This document shows positions 1-8,840 of a stretch of DNA of 64,000 bases, in pieces. Positions within the stretch are counted from its first letter, which is position 1. Every line of letters starts with the position of its first letter. A program made the translations under genes and the position numbers. Origin of the DNA: an uncultured Gemmatimonadaceae bacterium (lineage in GTDB: Bacteria; Gemmatimonadota; Gemmatimonadetes; Gemmatimonadales; Gemmatimonadaceae); the NCBI GenBank assembly GCA_963740355.1, contig CAVUDW010000002.1, positions 1,632,001 through 1,696,000 of the forward strand. Reading direction: 5' to 3'. The notes beneath the pieces are model-generated. The model made no database searches. It saw only the letters and a program-made list of their open reading frames with translations, and had not been told where the DNA came from.

Positions 1-702
1 CCCACCGCCGCGTGGACGAACGGCTTCAAGGGCGGCACCGGCGCGCCGGGACAGACGTGGGCAGCGCGCGGGTGGGCCGTGCTGTACCCGAACCCGCGCG
101 GCTCGACAGGCTACGGTGAATGGTGGATGCGCGCCAACACCGGCGACTGGGGCGGCGGCGACTATCGCGACATCATGACCGGCACCGACGAAGTGGTGCG
201 GCTGGGCATTGCAGATCCGGAGAAGTTGGCATTCGAGGGGTGGAGCTACGGCGGCTACATGACGTCGTGGGTTGTGTCGCAGACGACGCGCTTCAAGGCC
301 GCGATGATGGGTGCTGGGTTGCCGTCACTGCTCTCGATGGCCGGCACCACCGACATCCCCGGCTACATCAACACCTTCTTCGGCGACCCGCAGTACGATG
401 GTTCGATCATCAATCCGAACATCAAGAAGTACCTCGAGCGCTCGGCCATCAGCTACACGAGCCGCATCACTACGCCGCTACTGATCCTGCACGGCGGCAA
501 TGACGAGCGCGTGCCGATCGGCCAGCCGATGGAGTTCTATCGGGCACTGAAGGATCGGGGCAAGGCGGTGGAGCTGGTCTTCTATCCGCGCGAGGGCCAT
601 GGCCTGTCCGAGTACTACCACCAGGTCGATCGCATGAAGCGTGAGTACGAGTGGATCGCGCAGCACACCCTCGGCGCGCCACGGGCGACGGTGCAGCCGT
701 AG
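1..702 (+). CDS. S9 family (prolyl oligopeptidase/acylaminoacyl) peptidase, C-terminal part; 5' end lies outside window
   Basis: Frame open from base 1; NPRGSTGYG, GWSYGG nucleophile elbow, D-x-R-V and EGH catalytic motifs. Confidence 0.93.
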   Translation, partial: PTAAWTNGFKGGTGAPGQTWAARGWAVLYPNPRGSTGYGEWWMRANTGDWGGGDYRDIMTGTDEVVRLGIADPEKLAFEGWSYGGYMTSWVVSQTTRFKAAMMGAGLPSLLSMAGTTDIPGYINTFFGDPQYDGSIINPNIKKYLERSAISYTSRITTPLLILHGGNDERVPIGQPMEFYRALKDRGKAVELVFYPREGHGLSEYYHQVDRMKREYEWIAQHTLGAPRATVQP

Positions 703-738
703 CACTCCATTCGGGCGGAAGTTCATTACGCACCAACG

Positions 739-1848
739 TCACCGCGTGTCGAGAAACGGCTGATCGATCTCGTTCATCACGCGGTGCACGTTGATGCCAG
801 TCGCATTGGTCAACACGGCGGCGCCAAACCCGGCGTCGGGATAGAGCCGCATCAGGCCGTGAAAACCACCGCCTCCCCCTTCCTTGTAGAGCACGCGCTG
901 GCCCGCGACCTGCGCAACGTGCCAGGCGAGCGTCATCGGCACGAGCGACCCGTTGCTCACGCGCTGCTGCTCGCATAGCAACCGACAGCCGTCCGGCGTC
1001 AGCAACACCGATGCCGGGCGCAGCTGGTCCTGCAGAAACGCCGCGACGCCGCGCAGAGAGCCAACGATGCCGCCGAATGCGTTGCCGTCGACATGGTGAT
1101 CGCGGATGTTAACCCAGCCGCCCGTAGTGTCGCCGATCAACGTGCGGTCGATGACGAAGGACTTGCACAGGTTCAGGAACGACCATCGCTCGAGGTAGCC
1201 GCGCGCGTGCCTTCCGGCGTCCGGGATGGCATATCCGAGGGCCGATGCGGGCGGCCCAAGGCGGTTGAAGACGTGCACGCGCATGTATTCAGCAAAGGTT
1301 TCTGTGCGCACTCGTTCCACGAGACGACCGAGTAGCCAGTATCCGATGTTCGAGTATGCATATCGGCGACCAGGCCGGTCCGATTGGGCGGAGTGCTTCG
1401 CGAGGATCTTTTCCAGCGCTGCACTGTCGTCGAAACCTGGATGCCTGGCCGCCGCGTGCACCCATCGCAGTGGAAGGGGATTCGGGATGCCGGCCGTGTG
1501 AGAGAGCACCTGCCGAATCGTGATGGCGCGATCGTACGGCCAGGGCGAGATGTATCGTGCCATCGACTCGTCGACCTGCACCGCGCCTGACTCTACTAGC
1601 TGCAGCACCGCCACCGCGGTGAATGTCTTCGACATCGAATACGTCATCAGCGTCGTCTCCATGTCCATCGGTCGCTGCCGACCGATGTCGGCCCACCCGG
1701 CGGCATGTTCGAAGAGCACGCGGTCCGCCGTCACGACGATGTACTGCAGACCCGGCGCTCTCCCTGCCGAGCACAGGTCGTCGAGCTGCTGCGCGAGACG
1801 CCGGTGCAGGGCAGGCGAGATATCGTCGGTGGCTGGTGTCATCGACAC
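739..1848 (-). CDS. Serine hydrolase, beta-lactamase/AmpC-like family
   Basis: SxxK (YSMSKTF), LSHTAG, YSN motifs; start may be a few codons later (MTPAT). Confidence 0.88.
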   Translation of the reverse strand: MSMTPATDDISPALHRRLAQQLDDLCSAGRAPGLQYIVVTADRVLFEHAAGWADIGRQRPMDMETTLMTYSMSKTFTAVAVLQLVESGAVQVDESMARYISPWPYDRAITIRQVLSHTAGIPNPLPLRWVHAAARHPGFDDSAALEKILAKHSAQSDRPGRRYAYSNIGYWLLGRLVERVRTETFAEYMRVHVFNRLGPPASALGYAIPDAGRHARGYLERWSFLNLCKSFVIDRTLIGDTTGGWVNIRDHHVDGNAFGGIVGSLRGVAAFLQDQLRPASVLLTPDGCRLLCEQQRVSNGSLVPMTLAWHVAQVAGQRVLYKEGGGGGFHGLMRLYPDAGFGAAVLTNATGINVHRVMNEIDQPFLDTR

Positions 1849-1854
1849 GACACG

Positions 1855-2328
1855 TCAGGCAGGCGCACCGCTGAGCACGCGGATGCCGTGACGAGCGCAC
1901 GCGTCCAGCAACGCGGCGATCTCCTCGTCCGAAGGCGGGTTTGCAGGAGGCGGTTCGTGGCGCCCGACATCGCGGAAGAAGTCACGCATTGCTCTCTCCA
2001 CGACGACCAGCATGCGGGCGGTGGTGCTTCCCGCGTTGCGGTAGTTGTGCGGCATCTCCGATGGCACGGTCACGACGGCTCCGGGGCCGACGACAGTTTC
2101 ACTGGCGCCCTCGTCACCGAATTGACCGAAGGTGATCTCACCGGCCACGACATGGAAGATTTCCGGTGATGTGTGCACGTGGGGCGGCGTTCCAGAGCCG
2201 CTCGGCACCTCCACGTCGAGAACGGCGAGATCGGTACCATCGAGCTCGCCCATGAAACGAACGCGGTCGCGTACGACCCAGACTGCCTCGGCGTCTGCCG
2301 CGCGAGTGATGTGCATGGTGCTTGGCAT
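1855..2328 (-). CDS. Cupin domain protein
   Basis: PPHVH...E and VPSEMPHNYRN cupin motifs; start trimmed to MPSTMH after a GGGGGA purine stretch. Confidence 0.85.
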   Translation of the reverse strand: MPSTMHITRAADAEAVWVVRDRVRFMGELDGTDLAVLDVEVPSGSGTPPHVHTSPEIFHVVAGEITFGQFGDEGASETVVGPGAVVTVPSEMPHNYRNAGSTTARMLVVVERAMRDFFRDVGRHEPPPANPPSDEEIAALLDACARHGIRVLSGAPA

Positions 2329-2615
2329 GTTAATCCCCCGACGACGTGTCGGACTGCGAGATGTTGGAGTGGTGCCTCGATCGGCGCGTGAGATGTGCAC
2401 ACGGTGTCGGTGCGGGCACTTATCACCCACGACGACACGCGCTCGGATCGAGACACGTTTGGCGGCGGGATGATTGCTTGTCCCGAACAGTGGCACGGCG
2501 TGCGGATCGCGAAAATAGGTTGAACGACCCATCTCACGTTCGACGATTGCATCCGGCCGGGCTGGCGCGCATTCCTCAGCTCGCGTTTTCCTTCGCGACG
2601 GAGGGCGACGACCTG

Positions 2616-4652
2616 CTACAGCGGCATGACCGCACGCTCCGGCGCACTGATCTCGACCATCAGTAGCGCCATCTCGAGCGCAGACACCCGCCGTGGCGCA
2701 CTCGTTGCTGCCGCTACCACCACGCGCCGCGCATCGGCGACCCATCGAAGGTCGCCAGTCAGCTGGTGACGCCGCAGCAACGCAAAAACACGAGGAAGCG
2801 GATTTCTCGGGAGACGCGCAGCCAATGCCGATCGCCTGAATTGCTCGTCGCCATACATGTCGTACGCGGTGGCCCAGAGCCACACGTCGCCCGCGCGATT
2901 CTCGCGCAGGGCCTCGATTCGCGCGACCAGGTCATCCCGCACTGCGACGGTGCCGCTGACGGCAAGCGTCAATGCGACTCGCACGAGCGTCGCTTCTGTC
3001 GAGCGAACGGCGTCGTAGCGTGCGGCTGATGCGTGCAGCAGGTGGTCGAGACGTTGCTCTGCCCACGATGCCAGCTCCAGGATGTTTGATGCCCGCGACG
3101 CGTCGCCGTGGAGCAGCCGCGCGGCCGCGAGAAGCGCCACGGCCGCTTCGGGGCCGTCACGGAGCTTGTCTGCCGTCGTCATGAGGCGGGTGATGGCGAG
3201 TGTCTCTGCACGCACATCCGATCGCGCACGCGCAACCTGCACCGCAGTCGCAAGACTCCGCCAGCCCCGCTGTGCGCCAGCGATCAGGATGTCGGCAGCC
3301 GCCAGAAGCTCGGCGTCCTCGAGCGCCACAGCGGCGCGAAGCGCGAACCATGCCTGGGCGGCCGGATCAGTGTTTCGTGCCAGCGCGCGCACGTCAGCGA
3401 CGCTCTCGTCGAACGCACGTTGTGTTGCGGGTGGCCAGGGCGTACTCGTGTCCGTCGGCAGGACGGCCGACGAGAACGCCTCCGCCATCACCGAGACATC
3501 CAGGAATCGGTGCGCTGGCTCCTTGCTCAGTGCGCGTCTGAGAACGGCCTCGCCGGTTGGCCAAGCCGGGATCCCGCGCGCGGCGAAGGGCAGCATGGGC
3601 CGACAGACGATGTTCCTCAACAACTCATCGTGGATGGCGGGCGCGTTGATGGGAGGCAATCCCGTCAGCAACAGGTAGCCGAGCACTGCGATCGCGTACT
3701 GCTCCGATTTCGGCGTGGCTGCAGGAGGCAGTTCGCCAGCCAGCAATGCAGCGGCCATCTGCGGATCGTGGAACTGTGGAATGCCCGAACGCAGGGGATC
3801 GACCACGTCGTGTGCCGCAGTCGACCTCGCATTCCCGAAATCCAGCAGCACGACGCGACCATCGTCGCGCACGAGACAGTTGCCCGGATGGATGTCACCA
3901 TGCAGCACGCCCATGTGATGCAGTCGACCGTAGGCAGCGAACAGGTCGCTCACGATCTTCTGCAATCGGCGTGGGTCGCGCGCCGCACGTGCCTGTTGTG
4001 CTGCCGTGGCGATGGAGACGCCGTCACACCACTCCATGGCCACATACACCCGCCCATTCACCGATCCGTGATGCAGCAGACGCGGGCTGTCGTCGCCGCC
4101 GAGGCGGTCGAGCACACGCGCCTCGTGCGCCATCATGGCGATGATGCCGGGCCGATCATCGCGCGCGATCTTCAGCGCTACCGACACCGCGTCGGGACCG
4201 CGCGCCCGATAGACCTCCGAATCCTCGAGCGAGCGGATCAGCGCCTCGATCTCGAACCCGTCGAACTCCTGACCGGCAGCGAGGCTTGGCGCGGTGGCGT
4301 TCGCGTCAGGCGATCCGGCGGGCACGAGGATCCGTGTCTCGACGAGCGTCGCAATGGCATCGAACGCCAGCTCCAGCATTTCGTTGGGTTCCTGATCGTG
4401 CGCACGCGAAAATCGAAGGACGGCGTCAGTGATCAGACTGGGTGCGCGAAACTCACCGATCAGATCGGCGAGTGGACCCGGCACGAGCCGTGTCGTCACC
4501 CGAAAGCCCGGACGGGTGATGACGGCCTGCCCGACATCCACTGGGCCGATCCGCGTGCGCAGTCGACCCGATAGTTCCGATACCGCCAGAAACCTCGCAT
4601 CTGGCGGCAGGATGAAGCGTGTCGTGGCGACGTCTGGTGGCGCATTCGTCAT
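2616..4652 (-). CDS. Ser/Thr kinase with N-terminal RRE/PqqD-like region and degenerate LanC-like helical C-terminus (lanthipeptide-synthetase-like)
   Basis: VALK, HGDIHPGN, DFG kinase motifs; C-terminal ALLRRHQLTGDLRW resembles a LanC repeat; ATGA overlap with upstream gene. Confidence 0.75.
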   Translation of the reverse strand: MTNAPPDVATTRFILPPDARFLAVSELSGRLRTRIGPVDVGQAVITRPGFRVTTRLVPGPLADLIGEFRAPSLITDAVLRFSRAHDQEPNEMLELAFDAIATLVETRILVPAGSPDANATAPSLAAGQEFDGFEIEALIRSLEDSEVYRARGPDAVSVALKIARDDRPGIIAMMAHEARVLDRLGGDDSPRLLHHGSVNGRVYVAMEWCDGVSIATAAQQARAARDPRRLQKIVSDLFAAYGRLHHMGVLHGDIHPGNCLVRDDGRVVLLDFGNARSTAAHDVVDPLRSGIPQFHDPQMAAALLAGELPPAATPKSEQYAIAVLGYLLLTGLPPINAPAIHDELLRNIVCRPMLPFAARGIPAWPTGEAVLRRALSKEPAHRFLDVSVMAEAFSSAVLPTDTSTPWPPATQRAFDESVADVRALARNTDPAAQAWFALRAAVALEDAELLAAADILIAGAQRGWRSLATAVQVARARSDVRAETLAITRLMTTADKLRDGPEAAVALLAAARLLHGDASRASNILELASWAEQRLDHLLHASAARYDAVRSTEATLVRVALTLAVSGTVAVRDDLVARIEALRENRAGDVWLWATAYDMYGDEQFRRSALAARLPRNPLPRVFALLRRHQLTGDLRWVADARRVVVAAATSAPRRVSALEMALLMVEISAPERAVMPL

Positions 4653-5407
4653 GCGAGACACCCCTCCACGAATGCGTCGGGGTTCGCGTGCCAACGCACC
4701 GGATCGACACCCATCGCGCGCATGTCGGCGAGCACGGCGTTGGCGACATTACCCAACGGTGATGCGCGGTGCGTGGTGAGGCTGGCCGCGAGGCGCTTCG
4801 TGATCCATGATCGCCAGCTGACAGGTGTTTCGCTGGCGGGTGGATCGACGCCAGCGGAGAGGAGCCCGTTGCCGGCCAGCCCGGTGGTGAAGGGCACGCC
4901 TTGCGCGGGGCATCCCAGCAGCACTCGATCGAGCTCACGTGCAACCGTGTCGAGGTGGTCGTGCCCATCGAAGTAGGCGACGAGTTTGTCTGGGCGCAGC
5001 AAGCCTTCGATGCCGCGTCCCACCTTGAACGATCGCACGTTGCTTCGTGCGAGCACGTCTACGATGCGCGGAAACGCCTCCGCGAGTGCCTCCGGCCTCG
5101 GACTGACGTAGAGCTTGCAGGCCGGCTCGAACTGTAGCTGCAGCGGTAGTCGCGCGAAGGAATACCAGCCAGCGAATGAGGTGGCTTCGTACTCTGCCTC
5201 GAGTCTACGTCGTGCGGCGCCGCCGACAGTCAGGCCGAGCACGGCCATCGGGTCGTCGTCAGGCCCGAAGTCGCGCTCAATGGCTGGACCGCGCGGCAAC
5301 GTGCCGAATCGGTACAGCCACTGGGCGACGACGCCTGAATCCATCGACGGCACGCTGGCTGCCATTCGAAGCGCAGCCAGCGACAGCTGCTCGATACGCT
5401 CAGGCAT
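4649..5407 (-). CDS. HopA1/LanY-like putative phosphoSer/Thr lyase
   Basis: KLYVSP...SFKV...RPDKLVAYF...VPFT pattern resembles HopA1-type and class III/IV lanthipeptide lyase domains. Confidence 0.68.
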   Translation of the reverse strand: MPERIEQLSLAALRMAASVPSMDSGVVAQWLYRFGTLPRGPAIERDFGPDDDPMAVLGLTVGGAARRRLEAEYEATSFAGWYSFARLPLQLQFEPACKLYVSPRPEALAEAFPRIVDVLARSNVRSFKVGRGIEGLLRPDKLVAYFDGHDHLDTVARELDRVLLGCPAQGVPFTTGLAGNGLLSAGVDPPASETPVSWRSWITKRLAASLTTHRASPLGNVANAVLADMRAMGVDPVRWHANPDAFVEGCLA

Positions 5408-5427
5408 GCGGCATCTCGGTAAAGGCG

Positions 5428-6006
5428 TTAACCGAGACTCTTCAGTGCCCCTTCGAGCTGCGCGCGAACCGCGGCAACTTCAGCCCCACGCGGCGCCTGC
5501 GCCGCCGCCGCGCCGTCGACGAACTTGACCGTCTGCGCGAGCTGCTTCTGCAGGCGCGGCAGCTCGCTGACGCGATGCACCGCCAACCCGACATGCACGA
5601 TCGGCGTCAAAGTCGGTGGAATCGTCTCCAGTGAGGTGCCGCCGCATTCAGGGTCGGGGTATCCTACGGCGCCACCACCGAGGCCAGCGTAGGCCGCACT
5701 GGCGACGACTGCGGCGCCGATCTCGTGAATCGCTTCCCGGATCGCCGGGCTGCCGCCGCTTCCACCAGCGACGAATGCGCCGGCGATATCGTCGAACTTC
5801 TTTGCCTTGATCGCTTCCGCGATCGTGCCGCGTACCGCCTCGATGCGCGCCAGGTTCGCAAGCACACTTGCAATCGGCGATATCGGTGATGGTGGTGTGG
5901 GATCGTCGGGTCCTGGCATCCACGTACCGCCGCGACTGGCTGCGCCGATACTGACCACCAGATCCTTGATGAGAAAATCCTTTCGGGAAAAAGCTCTCGT
6001 CGCCAT
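5428..6006 (-). CDS. Putative large precursor/substrate protein of the lyase-kinase operon (192 aa)
   Basis: GGAG RBS before ATG at 6006; N-terminal FLIKDLVVSI; two P/S/T-rich segments each followed by an amphipathic helix; 20 nt upstream of lyase gene. Confidence 0.6.
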   Translation of the reverse strand: MATRAFSRKDFLIKDLVVSIGAASRGGTWMPGPDDPTPPSPISPIASVLANLARIEAVRGTIAEAIKAKKFDDIAGAFVAGGSGGSPAIREAIHEIGAAVVASAAYAGLGGGAVGYPDPECGGTSLETIPPTLTPIVHVGLAVHRVSELPRLQKQLAQTVKFVDGAAAAQAPRGAEVAAVRAQLEGALKSLG

Positions 6007-6412
6007 TTCATTCTCCATGCTCAAGGGGAACAGCAAACCCACGATCCATTCCAACAACGATGCCACGACGGGCGTTGTGCACGGCGCTGGCGTGCTGCGG
6101 ACTCCATCGCGTCACAGGATGGAGCAGAAGACTCTCTGCGACGTGGACGAAACGCTCGATGCATTCATCGATGATTGGCCGGTCGCTCGAGTCGCGCCGC
6201 AGCGGCGACAACAGTGAGTGACGGCTTTCCGTTCGTCAAGCACCGAATGTGCGCCACGACAAGCAACGTGTCAGTCGTGTTGCTCATCTCACTCGATGGC
6301 AGGCTCGACGTTCACGACGACGACCTCGACACTGCTACGTGCGCCTCATGCGCAACGCGTTCATCAGCTCGCTGGCAATTGTCGTGAGCGTTTTTGCGCG
6401 GCGATTTCGTGT

Positions 6413-6473
6413 GGCCAATCCGGTGACAGTGCACGCATTTCAAAGAAATGCGTGCACTGTCACCGGATTGGCC
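6413..6473. repeat. REP-like palindromic element (perfect 29-bp arms, 3-nt loop)
   Basis: ggccaatccggtgacagtgcacgcatttc-aaa-gaaatgcgtgcactgtcaccggattggcc. Confidence 0.95.
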
Positions 6474-6596
6474 GGGATTCACAGCGCGTGGCGCCGCTCT
6501 CGACCGTACGCCATACTTCCCGGCACGGCGTGCAGTTCACCCGTCGCGGATGCGCGAGGCAAGCGATCACGAGAGCTTTACCACCAGACCCGACCA

Positions 6597-7343
6597 ATGA
6601 GCGAGCTGTTCGGAGCCACACGCGACACGGTTCGCGCACGATACGCATTGCGCACACCTGCTGGCTTCGTGCCAAGTCATCTGCCTGGCTGGAGCGCGTG
6701 CGAGGTCGTGATCCAGATCTCTCCGGCGATGGGCGCACGGTTCGCCCAGTATTTCATCACGCTCGATACCGCTGGTGAAGGCCGCGGCACGGGCGGCGAT
6801 ACCGAATACTTCTGTTTTGTCGTTCAGGGCCGATGCGCAGTCGACATCGGTGTCGACACACATGCGCTGACGGCAGGCAGCTACGCCTTCATCCCACCGC
6901 AGACTGCGTTTCGTGTGCACGGGGCTGAGCGCGACACGCAGCTGCTGATCTTTCAGAAGCGCTTCGAGCCGCTGGCCGGTGCGCGGCTACCCGAGGCACG
7001 AGTGGGGCATGAGTCGACCATCCCGAGCCAGTCCTTCCTCGGCAACGATGACGCACAACTGCAGGTCCTGCTGCCCGACGAGCCGGCGTACGACATGGCC
7101 GTGAACATCTTCACCTATCAGCCCGGCGCAACGCTGCCATTCGTCGAGACGCACATCATGGAACACGGGCTCCTGATGCTGCGTGGACAAGGCGTATATC
7201 GGCTTGACTCGGAATATCATCCCGTCATGGCCGGCGACGTGATCTGGATGGCACCCTATTGCCCACAATGGTTTGTGGCCATGGGCAAGGAGCCGGCGAG
7301 CTACATCTACTACAAGGACGTGAATCGCGCTCCGGTGCTGTGA
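6597..7343 (+). CDS. allE: (S)-ureidoglycine aminohydrolase (bicupin)
   Basis: PFVETHIMEHGLLML, GDVIWMAPYCPQWF, YIYYKDVNR are characteristic of AllE/YlbA. Confidence 0.92.
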   Translation: MSELFGATRDTVRARYALRTPAGFVPSHLPGWSACEVVIQISPAMGARFAQYFITLDTAGEGRGTGGDTEYFCFVVQGRCAVDIGVDTHALTAGSYAFIPPQTAFRVHGAERDTQLLIFQKRFEPLAGARLPEARVGHESTIPSQSFLGNDDAQLQVLLPDEPAYDMAVNIFTYQPGATLPFVETHIMEHGLLMLRGQGVYRLDSEYHPVMAGDVIWMAPYCPQWFVAMGKEPASYIYYKDVNRAPVL

Positions 7344-7380
7344 GCGCGCGGCGGGATGCGTGGTTCACGGGGCATCGCTG

Positions 7381-7423
7381 AAAGGGGCAGAATCCTTGGA
7401 ATCCAGGATTTCTGCCCCCTTTT
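7381..7423. terminator. Probable bidirectional intrinsic terminator
   Basis: Imperfect inverted repeat aaaggggcagaatccttgga / tccaggatttctgccccctttt with A/T tails, between convergent genes. Confidence 0.6.
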
Positions 7424-7462
7424 ATCGACCGCTTCGGCGCACGAGGATGCGCCGTCTCGACG

Positions 7463-8125
7463 TCAGCGCTTTCCGAAGCCGAACGAGACGCCGACGCCGT
7501 AGGATGCATCGGCGCCATCGAGTCCGAACGGGACTTGCACGAAGGGTCGCAGCAGTACAGTCGGGCTGAAGACGATGCCTACTCCGCCCGACAGGATCCC
7601 ATAGGTTTCGTTGGACGTATCCGAGAAGCTGCCGGCGGACACCTTCAGGCGAGTGTAGGCTGCGCGGACGGAGGCGAACGGGATGAAGCTCACGCTCGAT
7701 GAGCTGTTGACCACGCCGCCGATGGCCACCCCTGCGGCGGCGCCCATCGCGCTCGCGTTGTACGTGCCTCCGTCGCCATCATCGATGTCGGGGCTCTTCT
7801 GATAGTCGACGGATGCCACAGGGCAGAGCATCCCGGCCTTCTTCTCGCCCATCGGGAACGAAAGCCCGCCATCCACAGTGGCGCCCTTCGATGTGCCGCT
7901 GACACCGTCTGTCTTCACCACCGATGCGCTCACGCCGCCGAAGGCCTTTGCGGTGCCAAAGCCAAATCGGGCGTCACCACCCTTAGCGCCATCAGAGAAG
8001 ACTGCGCCAACGGTGAAGTTCATCGGTCGTACTTCCAGTGACGCCAGGCCGAGGCAGGCCTGACCCTGCACGGCGGTGGTCGAGAGCATCGCGGCGGCAC
8101 AGATGGGCAAGACACGGACGTTCAT
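7463..8125 (-). CDS. Outer-membrane beta-barrel protein
   Basis: Signal peptide, alternating hydrophobic beta-strands, C-terminal GVSFGF; GGAG RBS. Confidence 0.75.
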   Translation of the reverse strand: MNVRVLPICAAAMLSTTAVQGQACLGLASLEVRPMNFTVGAVFSDGAKGGDARFGFGTAKAFGGVSASVVKTDGVSGTSKGATVDGGLSFPMGEKKAGMLCPVASVDYQKSPDIDDGDGGTYNASAMGAAAGVAIGGVVNSSSSVSFIPFASVRAAYTRLKVSAGSFSDTSNETYGILSGGVGIVFSPTVLLRPFVQVPFGLDGADASYGVGVSFGFGKR

Positions 8126-8245
8126 TGGTAATCTCCCTTTCTCTTGCGATTGGAGTCGTACAGCTACCAGCGTGAACCTTGCGCAATGCATGCAACTCGG
8201 GCTCGCATAGCGCAAGAGGGTGATTGCCCGACATGTCGGGCGCCC

Positions 8246-8752
8246 CTATCCCGCGCAGCTCCAGCGGTGAAACGCCGCAGCGTGGTAACGATCGATCAGC
8301 CACCGCTTGCCGTCGCGAACGAAAACGATCGTCTCGAGGAAGTCCGCCTGACACTTCTTCGCGTCCTTCCCCTGCGACACTTCATGGTTCCTGAGCGTCG
8401 TCCAGGCCACGTCACCGACGATGCGGGTGCGAAAGTCGCTGAACTCGGCCGACCATTTAGCGTCCGTGCCGCCCTGCTTGAGCCGCGCGATGAGCTGCGG
8501 GCCGGTGAGCGGGAGCGTGTCTTCGAGCAGCAGGAACTGCGGTGTCAGTGGTGCGAGCGTCGCCGCGGAGTCAACTGCCTGCATGGCGACGTACCAGCCG
8601 TCGAGAGTCGCGCGGATTGCCGCGGAATCGGCCGCTGGGTCGGGGACGGCCTTCGCCGACACTGTCGCCTGCGTCGAGTCTGTGCCGCGGGAGGGGCCTT
8701 CGGGAGCGCAGGCCGCAATCGCGACGAGGGCAACCACGAGAAATCCACGCAT
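8246..8752 (-). CDS. NTF2/SnoaL-like (DUF4440) lipoprotein
   Basis: Lipobox IAAC; GDVAW...ETIVFVRDGKRWLIDRYH pattern. Confidence 0.8.
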   Translation of the reverse strand: MRGFLVVALVAIAACAPEGPSRGTDSTQATVSAKAVPDPAADSAAIRATLDGWYVAMQAVDSAATLAPLTPQFLLLEDTLPLTGPQLIARLKQGGTDAKWSAEFSDFRTRIVGDVAWTTLRNHEVSQGKDAKKCQADFLETIVFVRDGKRWLIDRYHAAAFHRWSCAG

Positions 8753-8840
8753 GACAGGGCTTCCGTGAGAGTGTGAGAGTGGCGCCGTGAGGGGACGCCG
8801 TGAACTTCCGACTCGGGAAGCATGCTCTCATCCCCCGGTT

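Noticed and set aside
739..1848. Beta-lactamase as an antibiotic resistance gene
   Set aside because: Only family-level serine hydrolase motifs; no signal peptide; a KEG rather than KTG triad; function cannot be assigned
3108..4574. Long antisense ORFs (e.g. 3108..4574 +, 55126..56499 +, 25157..26440 N-terminal part)
   Set aside because: Shadow frames typical of high-GC DNA overlapping genes that have clear motifs
6010..6410. Short ORFs upstream of the precursor-like gene as additional precursor peptides
   Set aside because: No RBS, no similarity to the FLIKDL leader, and inconsistent frames
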